DNA of 64,000 bases from an uncultured Actinomycetes bacterium (GTDB lineage: Bacteria; Actinomycetota; UBA4738; JBBDTT01). The stretch covers positions 416,001-480,000 of the forward strand of contig CAVUMN010000004.1 of assembly GCA_963742735.1 (NCBI GenBank). Reading direction: 5' to 3'. Under the pieces are notes generated by a model. It was not told where the DNA came from. It saw nothing but the letters and a program-made list of their open reading frames with translations, and ran no database searches. Every line of letters starts with the position of its first letter. Within the stretch, counting starts at the first letter, position 1. Both the position numbers and the translations under genes were made by a program. Below, in pieces: positions 32,103 through 42,443 of this stretch.

Positions 32103-32750
32103 ATGGCCGTACGGACCCGACCCCCGACCGCGCCCGCCGCCGCGCCGCCTCCGTCGCGGGGCCGGCGCGTGATGCGTGCCACGGGCAAGACCCTCATCAC
32201 CGCAGGTGTGCTGGTGCTGCTCTTCGTGGCCTACGAGCTGTGGGGCACCGGGGTGATCACCCAGCGCGCCCAGGACGGGCTCCGGCAGGAGATCGACCGC
32301 GACGGCCTGGCCCTGGCGCCGATCCCCGGGAAGGCCGTCGGGTTCATCGTGATCCCGAAGATCGGGCTGGACATGGTGTTCGTCCAGGGCACCGAGCGCG
32401 AGGACCTCATGAAGGGGCCCGGGCACTACCCGGACACGCCGCTGCCGGGCAGGCCCGGGAACGTGGGCATCGCCGGGCATCGCACGACGTACTCGCAGCC
32501 GTTCTGGGCCCTGAACGAGCTGCGGCCGGGCGACATCATCGAGCTCCGAACCCGGGCCGGAACGTTCCGATACGCGGTGCGGTGGCAGCGGGTGGTGAGC
32601 CCCCAGGCCCTCTGGGTCGTGAACCCGACGAAGGTCCCCGCGCTGACCCTGACCACGTGCAATCCCCGGTTCTCCTCGCGGGAGCGGCTGGTGATCCGGG
32701 CCCTCCAGATCTCGGGGCCGGGGACCCCGCACGGGGGGGGCGCGAGCTGA
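32103..32750 (+). CDS. Class E sortase
   Basis: GPGHYPDT, NVGIAGHRTTY, LTLTTCNP...ERL. Confidence 0.93.
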   Translation: MAVRTRPPTAPAAAPPPSRGRRVMRATGKTLITAGVLVLLFVAYELWGTGVITQRAQDGLRQEIDRDGLALAPIPGKAVGFIVIPKIGLDMVFVQGTEREDLMKGPGHYPDTPLPGRPGNVGIAGHRTTYSQPFWALNELRPGDIIELRTRAGTFRYAVRWQRVVSPQALWVVNPTKVPALTLTTCNPRFSSRERLVIRALQISGPGTPHGGGAS

Positions 32751-32896
32751 TGTTCCGCCTCCTTCGCCGCCACCAACCGAAGGTGACCGCCCTCGCGGTC
32801 CTGTACTGGGCGGGCCTCACCGTTGCGGCCCTCGCGATCCTGTTCGTGGTGTTCTTCTACGTCGACCGGTTCCTCCCCGGCGGAGGGATGTTCTGA
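32750..32896 (+). CDS. Small membrane protein downstream of sortase
   Basis: TGATG coupling. MFRLLRRHQPKVTALAVLYWAGLTVAALAILFVVFFYVDRFLPGGGMF. Confidence 0.7.
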   Translation: MFRLLRRHQPKVTALAVLYWAGLTVAALAILFVVFFYVDRFLPGGGMF

Positions 32897-32959
32897 GCCG
32901 AGCCCGCGTCGAGCTGCTCGCGATCCTGAGGAGGAGGCGTACCGGGAGACCGGCCCGGA

Positions 32960-35302
32960 TTAGTCCTCGGGCTCCAAGACGAGCGTCGACTCGGCGATGG
33001 CGTCCACGCCCGTTCGGCGGAGCGGCAGAGGATGGTGCTCGCCGGCCGACCACAGGGGGAGCAGGTCGGCGAAGTGGGGGCTGACCGGGTTCCCGGACTG
33101 GCCCACCGTGTGGGTGCCCACGCTGTCCTCGGGATCGGCCAGATCCATGATCTGGCGCCACGAGGGGATGACGGCCACGCCGTAGCCCGACTCGGGCTCG
33201 TACAGCGCCTGACAGACCGTGTCGTCGTCGCCCCCCATCTCCACGACGCCGGCCGTGAACAGCTCGGCCAGGTCGGGGATCATCGCCAGCCGTCCGGCGA
33301 ACGTCACGGTGTGCAGCTCGCCCCACCGCCACGTCGCGACGTCCTCGCCCAGCCGTTCGGTCAGCTCGTCCAGCGCCGCGTCGAGAGCTCGGCGAAGGAC
33401 CTCGTCCCGGGCCTGCCTGCCGTTGCCGCCCCACCACTTCGCCGTGGGGTGGGCCAGGATCTCCGGCAGGACCTGGTGGCGGAACGTGTTCGCCCACTGC
33501 CGCCGGCCGTAGTAGTGCGAGAACAGCTCGTCCCCGAGACTGTCGCGTAGGACGAGGTCGGCGATCTGTCCACACCATGCCTGGTAGATCGCCGCGGCCG
33601 CCGATCCGGTGGCCAGGTCGTGGTCCCACTCGGCGATCAGGGCGATGGCCTCCTTCTGCCGGTCGCCGGCAGGCTCGACCTCGGCCAGGTGCGGGGCGGT
33701 CTCCCGCGCCGTCGGCGACACCGTGTCCATGAGGATCCGGGCGAAGCTCTCGGGCGTGTGCCGGTCGGTCTCCGTCAGGAGCTCCGCGATCCGGGTCACG
33801 CGGCCCGGGGGCATCCAGTCCCGGGTGATCACGTGCGGGTAGGACAGGTCGTGCACGCGGTTGTTCGCGGTGGCCAGGAACCCCTCCGGCGGGTTGAAGG
33901 CCCACGGGAGCTCCTCGAACGGCACCCACCCGTCCCAGCCGAACTCGCTGGTCCAACCGGGGACGGGGAACGAACCGTCGCCCTTCCGGCGCATCGGATA
34001 GGTCCCGGTGAGCTGGTAGCCGATGTTGCCGTCGACGTCGGCGTAGACCATGTTCTGGCCGGGACACTCCCAGCCTCGGAGTGACGCGCGGAACTCCTCG
34101 AAGTCCCGCGCCCGGTTGATCCCGAGCACGGACTCGACCGACGTGCCGCGCTCCGCCCCCACCCACTGCAGCGCGTAGGTCTCCCGAAGGGGCACCACGG
34201 TCTGCTCGGCGATCCCCACCATGTACGAGTCGAGGATGGGGCCGTGGCGGGTCTCCGGCACCAGCAGGACCTCCGGCTCGGGGCGGCCGCGGATCCCGAT
34301 CTCCTCGCGGTGGACCGTCACGGGCTCCCAGGCGTCGTCGTACCGGGCCGCGGTGCCGTCGTCGTTGAGCCGCTCCAGGTACAGGTCCATCACGTCGCCC
34401 TCGACGTTCGTGAACCCCCAGGCGATCCGCTCGTTGTGCCCGATCACCACGCCCGGCGCGAAGGGCAGGGCCACCCCTGAGGCGTTCAGGGTCGGACACG
34501 ACAGGTGGACCTCGTACCAGATCGAGGGCAGCTGCACGAGCAGGTGGGGGTCGTTGGCCAGCAGGGGCTTCCCGCTCACCGTCCGGGTGCCGTCGACCAC
34601 CCAGTTGTTCGACCCCCCTCCGGGAAACTGGGGGGCCCGGCTCAGGTACTCCAGCGGCGAGTGCCCCCAGCGCTTCCCGGCCTGGACGGCGCCGGGGTTC
34701 GGTGGGATATCGGGAAACAGGTCCAGAACGGCGCCCGGGCCCAACTGCTCCGCGATCTGCGCCCGTACCAGCTCGATGTCCCAGTTCCGCGACAGCGTGT
34801 AGGACAGCAGCACCTGCGCTCCGCCGCCGAGGACGAGCATCTCCTCGACCGACTCGGCGCGAAGGGGCTCCAGCGCCATCACCACGTACTCGGGCGGGAA
34901 CGCCGTCATGCGTTCGCGCCACGCCATCTGGCCCCGGGCGAAGGGCTCCAGCGCGTCCAGCTCCGCCGGGGTCCGGGCCGCGGTGAGGGCGGCGGCGGCC
35001 CGGCCCCACCCCACGGTGCGGGTGAACCGGTCCAGGTGCAGGGTGAGGTCGCCGAAGGCCTCGGACAGCCGGCCGGTACCCACCCGGCACATGAACTCGA
35101 TCTGGAACGTGCGGTCGGAGGCCATCACGAAGCCCTGGGCCAGGAACAGGTCGTGCTCGTCCTGCGCGTAGATGTGGGGCACGCCCCACCGGTCCCGGAC
35201 GACCTCGACCCGCCCGTGCAGCCCGGCGAGCCTCAGCTCGCCCTCCACCGGGGGCAGCGCGGCCAGCGCCGCCATCCGAAGGGCATCCGCCATCTCGCTC
35301 AT
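32960..35302 (-). CDS. Penicillin acylase family (Ntn hydrolase), no signal peptide
   Basis: RDRWGVPHIYA, GSNNWVVDG, LLANDPHL, ATANN, GQSGNPVSPHFAD. Confidence 0.95.
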   Translation of the reverse strand: MSEMADALRMAALAALPPVEGELRLAGLHGRVEVVRDRWGVPHIYAQDEHDLFLAQGFVMASDRTFQIEFMCRVGTGRLSEAFGDLTLHLDRFTRTVGWGRAAAALTAARTPAELDALEPFARGQMAWRERMTAFPPEYVVMALEPLRAESVEEMLVLGGGAQVLLSYTLSRNWDIELVRAQIAEQLGPGAVLDLFPDIPPNPGAVQAGKRWGHSPLEYLSRAPQFPGGGSNNWVVDGTRTVSGKPLLANDPHLLVQLPSIWYEVHLSCPTLNASGVALPFAPGVVIGHNERIAWGFTNVEGDVMDLYLERLNDDGTAARYDDAWEPVTVHREEIGIRGRPEPEVLLVPETRHGPILDSYMVGIAEQTVVPLRETYALQWVGAERGTSVESVLGINRARDFEEFRASLRGWECPGQNMVYADVDGNIGYQLTGTYPMRRKGDGSFPVPGWTSEFGWDGWVPFEELPWAFNPPEGFLATANNRVHDLSYPHVITRDWMPPGRVTRIAELLTETDRHTPESFARILMDTVSPTARETAPHLAEVEPAGDRQKEAIALIAEWDHDLATGSAAAAIYQAWCGQIADLVLRDSLGDELFSHYYGRRQWANTFRHQVLPEILAHPTAKWWGGNGRQARDEVLRRALDAALDELTERLGEDVATWRWGELHTVTFAGRLAMIPDLAELFTAGVVEMGGDDDTVCQALYEPESGYGVAVIPSWRQIMDLADPEDSVGTHTVGQSGNPVSPHFADLLPLWSAGEHHPLPLRRTGVDAIAESTLVLEPED

Positions 35303-35402
35303 GTGGGGCTGAACGCTAGGCCAAACGCGGTTTGAGCGCGCGCGCGGCGGCGGGGGAGAATCGGCGGTCACCAGCCCGCACCGTGTCGTGAAGGAGACCG
35401 AG

Positions 35403-37136
35403 ATGGACCACCGGCCCTGGTTCGCCAGCTACCCCCCCGACGTCCCGAAGACCCTGGCCCCGTACCCGGAGAAGTCCCTCTACTCCATCCTGGAGGACTC
35501 GGCCCGGCGGTTCCCCGAGCGGCCCGCAATCGCCTGGTTCGGCAGGCACATGTCCTACAAGGAGCTCCTCTCGGAGGTCGAGCGGTTCTCCGCGGTCCTG
35601 GCGGCCCTCGGCGTCAAGAAGGGCGACCGGGTGGGTCTGCTCCTGCCGAACTGTCCGCAGTACGTGATCGGCTACTACGCCACCGTGCGCCTGGGCGCGG
35701 TCATCGTGGGCAACAACCCGCTGTACACCGAGCGCGAGCTGACCCACCAGCTGACCGACGCGGGCATCGAGGTCCTGGTCACCCTCGACCAGCTGTACGA
35801 CAAGGTCGCCGCGGTCCGGGAGCAGGTCGGCCTCAAGGAGGTCATCGCCACCGGCCTCGAGGACTACATGTCGTTCCCGAAGAACGTCCTCGCCCCCCTG
35901 CTGGTGTTCAAGAAGGCCGCCAAGAAGGAGGGCCGCGCGTGGCCGCCGGTGCCGAAGGACGCGCCGGTGAAGTGGTGGAAGGACCTGATGAAGGCGGCCG
36001 GCACCCCGCCACCGGTGGCCCAGGTCGACGCGAGGCACGACCTGGCCGGACTGATCTACACGGGCGGCACGACCGGGCTGTCCAAGGGCGCCATGCTCTC
36101 GCACCACAACCTGGTCTCCAACGCGATGCAGGGCGCGTCGTGGTTCGCCGACCTGAAGGACGGCGAGGAGGCGGTGATGTGCGTCCTGCCGTTCTTCCAC
36201 TCCTACGGGATGACGGTGTGCATGAACATCGGGCTCATCAAGGCCGGCAAGCTGGTCCTGCTGCCTCGTTTCGAGCTGGACCTGACGCTGAAGGAGATCC
36301 AGAAGGAGAAGCCCACGCTCTTCCCGGGGGTGCCGCGGATCTACATCGCGATCAACGAGTCGCCGGAGTCGAAGAAGTACGACCTGTCCTCGATCCGCGC
36401 GTGCCTGTCCGGGGCGGCGCCCCTGCCGATCGCCGTGGCCCAGAAGTTCGAGGAGGTGACCGGGGCCAAGGTGGTCGAGGGCTACGGCCTGACCGAGACC
36501 AGCCCGATCACCCACGCGCAGCCGATCTACGGCAAGCGCAAGGAAGGGTCGATCGGTCTCCCCGTCCCGGACACCGACGTCAAGATCTGCGACATCGACG
36601 ACCCCGACAAGGAGATGGCGCTCGGGGAGCAGGGCGAGATCGCGCTGTCCGGTCCTCAGATCATGATGGGCTACTTCAACAAGCCCGAGGAGACCGCGGA
36701 CATGATCCGCACCGACGCCGAGGGCGTCCGGTGGCTGTACACGGGCGACATCGCCAAGATCGACGAGGAGGGCTACGCCTACATCGTCGACCGCAAGAAG
36801 GACATGATCATCGTGTCCGGGTTCAACGTGTACCCCACGGACGTGGAGCAGGTGCTGTACCAGCACCCGAAGATCGAGAAGGTCGCGGTGGCCGGCGTGC
36901 CGGACGCGAAGACCGGTGAGGCCGTCAAGGCCTACATCATCCTGAAGGCGGGGATGCAGGCCACGGCCGAGGAGATCATCGCCTGGTGCAAGGACGAGAA
37001 GACGGGGCTCACCGGATATCGGGTCCCCAAGCTCGTCGAGTTTCGCGACTCGCTTCCCGAGACGATGGTCGGCAAGATCCTGCGCCGCGTGCTCGTCGAG
37101 GAGGAGAAGCAGAAGGCCGCCGCCGCCGGCGGGTAG
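35403..37136 (+). CDS. Long-chain-fatty-acid-CoA ligase
   Basis: YTGGTTGLSKG, EGYGLTETSP, WLYTGD, DRKKDMI, VGKILRR. Confidence 0.95.
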   Translation: MDHRPWFASYPPDVPKTLAPYPEKSLYSILEDSARRFPERPAIAWFGRHMSYKELLSEVERFSAVLAALGVKKGDRVGLLLPNCPQYVIGYYATVRLGAVIVGNNPLYTERELTHQLTDAGIEVLVTLDQLYDKVAAVREQVGLKEVIATGLEDYMSFPKNVLAPLLVFKKAAKKEGRAWPPVPKDAPVKWWKDLMKAAGTPPPVAQVDARHDLAGLIYTGGTTGLSKGAMLSHHNLVSNAMQGASWFADLKDGEEAVMCVLPFFHSYGMTVCMNIGLIKAGKLVLLPRFELDLTLKEIQKEKPTLFPGVPRIYIAINESPESKKYDLSSIRACLSGAAPLPIAVAQKFEEVTGAKVVEGYGLTETSPITHAQPIYGKRKEGSIGLPVPDTDVKICDIDDPDKEMALGEQGEIALSGPQIMMGYFNKPEETADMIRTDAEGVRWLYTGDIAKIDEEGYAYIVDRKKDMIIVSGFNVYPTDVEQVLYQHPKIEKVAVAGVPDAKTGEAVKAYIILKAGMQATAEEIIAWCKDEKTGLTGYRVPKLVEFRDSLPETMVGKILRRVLVEEEKQKAAAAGG

Positions 37137-37178
37137 GGGCTGGCTAGGTGGCGCCGCCAGGCCCGTACACTCGCGTCC

Positions 37179-37763
<585 letters not shown>

Positions 37764-37775
37764 GCCGCGCGCTGC

Positions 37776-38576
37776 CTAGGCCGAGGGCTGTGCCTGCTGG
37801 GGCTCCGGCGCCTCGGAGATCGCCCGGCGGAGCTCCGAGAGCTGCACCCCGATCGCGTCCCGCACGTCCTCGACCCGGCGGCTGAGGCGGCTGGCGGTCT
37901 CGCGGCCGGTGCGCTCGGCGAGCGCGGCCAGGGCCTGATGAGCCTGCTCGAGGGCCGCGAGCCGGGTCTCCAGGGCGCCCACGCGACGATCGTCCGACAG
38001 CAGCGACTCCTGCGTCGGCCCGTCGAGCTTGCCGAGGCGGCCGTCGAGCTCGTCGAGCCGGTCCTGGAACGCTGACAGCCGCGCGTCGCGGGCGGCGATC
38101 TGCGTCCCGAGGCCGTCGCGAACGTCGGCGAGGTCCTCGGTGAGCTCGCGGCGGAGGTCCTCGGTCGCCCGGGCCGAGGGGTCGTGGGCGATGCGGGCGG
38201 CGGCCCGCTCGGCCTTCTCGTCGACGCGGCGGATCCGCTCGTCCAGGTCGTCGAGCCGCTCCGGGAGCATTTCCATCGCGGCCTGGACCTGACGGAGCGC
38301 GCGGAGCAGCTCGTCGACGCGGGCGGCGACGGTCCCCTCCAACGCGGCCTGCCGGGACTCGAGCTCCCGGCGCAGGTCCTGCAGCTCGGGCGCCGCGGGA
38401 GGCGGCTCTCGGAGTGGACGCGGCGCGCGTGTGGTGCGGACGGGGGCGGACACGACCACCTCACCTCGCTCGAGCCGGGCGATGCGGTCGGCCAGGTAGC
38501 CGACCCGGCGCGCGAGGCGGTTGCCGAGCTCCTTGACGTGTCCGGCCAAGAGCTCCTCGAGGGTCTCGAGGTCCAT
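37776..38576 (-). CDS. Coiled-coil hypothetical protein (266 aa)
   Basis: Heptad-rich, E/R/L/A-rich sequence. Confidence 0.78.
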   Translation of the reverse strand: MDLETLEELLAGHVKELGNRLARRVGYLADRIARLERGEVVVSAPVRTTRAPRPLREPPPAAPELQDLRRELESRQAALEGTVAARVDELLRALRQVQAAMEMLPERLDDLDERIRRVDEKAERAAARIAHDPSARATEDLRRELTEDLADVRDGLGTQIAARDARLSAFQDRLDELDGRLGKLDGPTQESLLSDDRRVGALETRLAALEQAHQALAALAERTGRETASRLSRRVEDVRDAIGVQLSELRRAISEAPEPQQAQPSA

Positions 38577-38606
38577 GGGGAGGGGATCGGGCGAGGGGTC
38601 CGAGGC

Positions 38607-41600
38607 TCAGTCCTCCTCGCGACGCCCCCGGCGCTTGGCGCCGGGCGTCTTGCGCTCCGTCTCGATCATCCCGGCAAGGCGCTCCTCGAGCAGGTCGGCC
38701 CAGCGCTCCTCCAGGAGCGCGAGGCGCCGCGTGACGTCGTCGCGGCTCTCGCTGGTCTCCTGGTCGACCGCCTTCTCCAGCGAGGTGAGCCGGGCGTGGA
38801 TCTCCTTCTCGACGGCGAGCAGGCGGGGCAGGACCGGGTCCTCCGTGTCGGGCTCGGGCATGCCCTTCTTGCGCGCCACGCGCGAGGCCGCCTTCGCCAC
38901 GGTCGCAGTCCGCTCGCCCATGACGTCCAGCGACTTCATCAGCGAGGCGTGGGCGTCGTTCAGGGCCGCGACCTCCTGTGCCGCGGAGCGCCGCTGGTCG
39001 TCGAGCTCGGCGACCGCACCGGCGAGCACCTCCAGCCGGCGACGGACGTTCGCCTCGGACGCACGGACCTGCTTCGAGAGGCGGTCGCCGAGCGCGGCGA
39101 ACCGGTCGGCCAGCCCGCGCTCCGCGGCGTCGAGCCGCTCCCGCAGCTCCAGCTCGCTGACGCGCTCGCTCGTGGTCTCCTCCTGGATGCGCCGAACCGC
39201 CTCAGCGAGGGCGATCCGGAAGTCGGACAGCTGCTCCTGGACCTCCTGCTCGATGTGGATCTGGCGTGTGTCGAGTCGGTCGCCGAACTCCCGCTCCACG
39301 CGCTGGAGCGTCCCGGACACGTCGAGGTTGATCCGCTCCATCTCCTCCACGCGCTCCTTCAGGCCCCGCGTCGCGTTGTCCACCAGATCCCGTGCCGCGG
39401 AGGTCGCCCGGTCGTCGGCGCTGTCGAGGTTGGCGCGAACCTCGCCGACCAGCCCCGGGAGGCTGGCCTCGATCCGGCCGAGGCGCTCGGTCATCGCGCG
39501 GCTGACCGCGGCGACCCGCTCGCCCAGCGCTCCCTCGAGCTCGGCGGCGCGCTCGCGCCACTGCCCCGGGTCCTCGAGGCCGGCGCGGACCTCTGCGGTG
39601 AGTGCGTCCACGCGGGAGGCGAGGCCCTCCGTTTCGGACGCGAGGCGCGAGACCAGCTCGCGATTCATCCCCTCGAGGGAGGCGGCGCTCTGGGCGCCGA
39701 CGGCCTCCGCTCGCGACAGCGCCTCGGCGCGGACGGACTCCACGGCGGACTCGGCCCGGCGGGCGGCGGCCTCCGCGGCGTCCAGCACCTCGGCCCGGGT
39801 GCGCTGCACGGTCTCGGTGAGGGCCGCGCCGGTGGAGAGCGTCTGGCCGACCGCGTCGGCCAGACGGTCGCGAAGCGCAGCCAGGCGGGCCTCCACCGTG
39901 CCCAGGACCTCCTCGCGCTGCGCCGTCAGCGCGGACAGGACCTCCTCGCGGCCGGCCTGCTGGACCTGCTCGAGCCGGGCGAGCCCGGCGGCGAGATCGC
40001 CACGGGCCCCGGCCTCGAACTGCTGCTGCTGCTGGATGTCGGCGCGCAAGGACTCGAGCCACGAGATGACTTCGTTCCGTCCCTCCTTCGCGCGCTCGTC
40101 GCTGGTCCTGGCCAGCTCCTCCATGGACCGGGCCAGGGCCTGCTCCGCGGCCTCGTGGCGGACGGAGGCCTCCTCGGCCGCCGCGGCCCGAGCCTCCAGC
40201 CGCTCGTCGGTGTCGCGGAGCCAGTCGGAGAGGCCGTCGGCGACCAGGCTCATACGCTCGGCCACCTCGGTCTCGCTCCGGGCCCGCTCGGTCAGGCCGG
40301 CCTGGAGCTCGCGGACCCGCTCGTCGAGGATCGCCTCGAGGGACTCCAGCCGTCCGGCCAGCGAGGACTGCACCACCTCGGACTGCAGCTCCAGCGCCGC
40401 GCGCAGACCCTCGGAGCGGTCGTCGAGGAGCTCGGAGATCTCGCGGGCGCGGCCGGTCAGCGCGTCGAGGCGGCCCTCCAGCGACTCGGTGTTCTCGTCC
40501 ACACGGACCGTGAGCTCCCGGCGGACGTTCGACACGGCGTTCTCCAGGGCGAGGCGCATCTGCTCGGCGATCTCCATCAGTCGAGCGTCGTTCGTCTGAG
40601 TGCGCTCGTTCGAGGCGGCCTCGAGCGCCGCGGTGCGCTCCTCGAGCTGCAGGCGCAGGTCGCGGATGGCGTGCTCCAGCGCGCCCTCGCCGCGGGTAAC
40701 CCGCTCGTCGATCTTCGAGGCCAGATCGGCCGTCCGTTCGGCGTCGATCGTCGCGCCCTCGCGGGCCGCGCGGGCCAGGTCCTCGATCTGCGCGACCCGC
40801 TCGGCCACGCGGACCTCCGCCTCGGAGACGGCCCGGGCCAGGCGGGCCTCGAGGGCCTCCTCCTCGCCACGACGGGACTCCAGGCGGGCCAGGATCTCGT
40901 CGCGGAGCGTCTCCGTGCTCACCCGCTGGGTCTCCAGGATGCCGACCAGCTCCTCGCGCAGGGCCTCCTCGTCGGCGCGGCGCGCCTCCAGCGCCGCGGC
41001 GGTCTCCCGGCGCTGGGCATCCACGGCGGCAGCGGACTCCTCGCGCTGGCTCTCGAGGCCGGACGCGATCTCCGCACGGAGGCGCTCGAGCTTGCCCTCC
41101 ATGCCCTGGTCGAGGGCGTGCTGCACGGCCTGGCGGAGCTCCTCGGTCCTCGCGTCGAAGGCCGCCTTCGCCGCCTCCGCCCGCTCGGCGACCGATTCGG
41201 TGACCTGGGTCAGGCGCTCGTCGGCTTCCTGGCGGACCTCCGCGAGCTCGGCGAGGACGCCCTCGACCCGGCCGGCCACACTCTCCGCGTAGGACTGGAG
41301 GGAGGTGGCGCGGTCCTCCAGGCTCTGCACCAGGGCGTCTCCGCGCTGCCGCTCCTCGATCTCCCGGGCCTCGAGCCGCTCGGCGATCGCGCCGATCCGT
41401 TCCTGCCACGTCCCACGGAGTTCGTTCAGGAAGCCGGTGACCTCCTGGCGCAGAGCCTTCGCCCCCTCCTCGATCCGTGACTGGACGGCGTCGGGGCCGG
41501 AGTCGCGCTGGAGCTCCTCGATGCGCTGCTGGAGGGCGGCGAGCCCCTCGGTGACGGAGGTGGCGGCGGCCTCGGCCGCTCCGGCGCGCTCGGCCATCGT

Positions 41601-42239
41601 GGTGGCCACCTGCGCCAGGCGCTGGTCCAGGCTGACGTCGAAACCGGCGAATCGCTGGTTCATGAGGGCCTCGGCCTGGGCCATCCGCTCGTCGATCGAC
41701 CGGCGCACCTCGCCCGTCTGTTGCTGGAGGGCGGCCAGGGCCTCGGCGGCCCCTTCCTCCGCCTGCTGGCCCGACGCCTCGGTCTGCTCGCTCATGGCCC
41801 GCCACAGGCCCTCGAGTTGCTGGCCGCTGCCGGCCAGGCCCTTCTCGAGCTCCGCCAGCCGGCGGGAGAGCGTCCCGAGGGCGGCGCCGTCGACCGAGCC
41901 GCCCTCGCCGGGGGACTCGGCCAGCCGTGCCTCGATCTCGCCCAGCCGCACGGCCAGGGTGGACTCCAGATCGCCGGTGCGCTTTCGGGCGGCGTCGCGA
42001 AGGTCGGAGAGGTCGCGGGCGAGCCGGCGGAGGCCCTCGGTCAGGCGCGCGATCTCGCGGGCGGACTGGCCGGGTCCGCCCTCACGGCCGGGAACGGCCG
42101 CGCGCAGCGGGTCCCTGCCGCGGTAGCCGCCGGCCGCCTCGGGGTCGGCGGAGAACAGCTCTTTCCAGCTCTCCGGGTCGCCCACGGGGCCACGCACGGG
42201 AAGCGGGGACTGGTCGTCTGGTTCGCGAGGTTCGGCCAC
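38607..42239 (-). CDS. Very long coiled-coil hypothetical protein (1210 aa)
   Basis: Continuous alpha-helical E/A/R/L repeats. No Walker motif, TM segment or signal peptide seen. Confidence 0.85.
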   Translation of the reverse strand: MAEPREPDDQSPLPVRGPVGDPESWKELFSADPEAAGGYRGRDPLRAAVPGREGGPGQSAREIARLTEGLRRLARDLSDLRDAARKRTGDLESTLAVRLGEIEARLAESPGEGGSVDGAALGTLSRRLAELEKGLAGSGQQLEGLWRAMSEQTEASGQQAEEGAAEALAALQQQTGEVRRSIDERMAQAEALMNQRFAGFDVSLDQRLAQVATTMAERAGAAEAAATSVTEGLAALQQRIEELQRDSGPDAVQSRIEEGAKALRQEVTGFLNELRGTWQERIGAIAERLEAREIEERQRGDALVQSLEDRATSLQSYAESVAGRVEGVLAELAEVRQEADERLTQVTESVAERAEAAKAAFDARTEELRQAVQHALDQGMEGKLERLRAEIASGLESQREESAAAVDAQRRETAAALEARRADEEALREELVGILETQRVSTETLRDEILARLESRRGEEEALEARLARAVSEAEVRVAERVAQIEDLARAAREGATIDAERTADLASKIDERVTRGEGALEHAIRDLRLQLEERTAALEAASNERTQTNDARLMEIAEQMRLALENAVSNVRRELTVRVDENTESLEGRLDALTGRAREISELLDDRSEGLRAALELQSEVVQSSLAGRLESLEAILDERVRELQAGLTERARSETEVAERMSLVADGLSDWLRDTDERLEARAAAAEEASVRHEAAEQALARSMEELARTSDERAKEGRNEVISWLESLRADIQQQQQFEAGARGDLAAGLARLEQVQQAGREEVLSALTAQREEVLGTVEARLAALRDRLADAVGQTLSTGAALTETVQRTRAEVLDAAEAAARRAESAVESVRAEALSRAEAVGAQSAASLEGMNRELVSRLASETEGLASRVDALTAEVRAGLEDPGQWRERAAELEGALGERVAAVSRAMTERLGRIEASLPGLVGEVRANLDSADDRATSAARDLVDNATRGLKERVEEMERINLDVSGTLQRVEREFGDRLDTRQIHIEQEVQEQLSDFRIALAEAVRRIQEETTSERVSELELRERLDAAERGLADRFAALGDRLSKQVRASEANVRRRLEVLAGAVAELDDQRRSAAQEVAALNDAHASLMKSLDVMGERTATVAKAASRVARKKGMPEPDTEDPVLPRLLAVEKEIHARLTSLEKAVDQETSESRDDVTRRLALLEERWADLLEERLAGMIETERKTPGAKRRGRREED

Positions 42240-42303
42240 AGTCAGGGGAAGTACAGAAGCTGGGCGGCTAGTCTAGACAGGTCGGGCCTGCGTGGTCGAA
42301 CAA

Positions 42304-42435
42304 TCATGCGTCCGGCTCGCGCGGCGCTCGCTCGCGGCGTAGCAGCCTCCAGGCCCCGTAGGAGACCGCGGCGGCCGCCACCGCGAGGGCCCCCAGCGCG
42401 GAGAGCAGGAACGCGATCGGGATCTCGGCCAGCAT
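42304..42435 (-). CDS. Small single-TM protein (43 aa)
   Basis: Manual translation MLAEIPIAFLLSALGALAVAAAAVSYGAWRLLRRERAPREPDA. Starts 8 nt after the thyX stop. Confidence 0.55.
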   Translation of the reverse strand: MLAEIPIAFLLSALGALAVAAAAVSYGAWRLLRRERAPREPDA

Positions 42436-42443
42436 CCCGCCGG

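Noticed and set aside
38607-42239. SMC or chemoreceptor call for the long coiled-coil protein
   Set aside because: No Walker A/B motif, hinge, TM segment or MCP signalling hairpin motif is visible.
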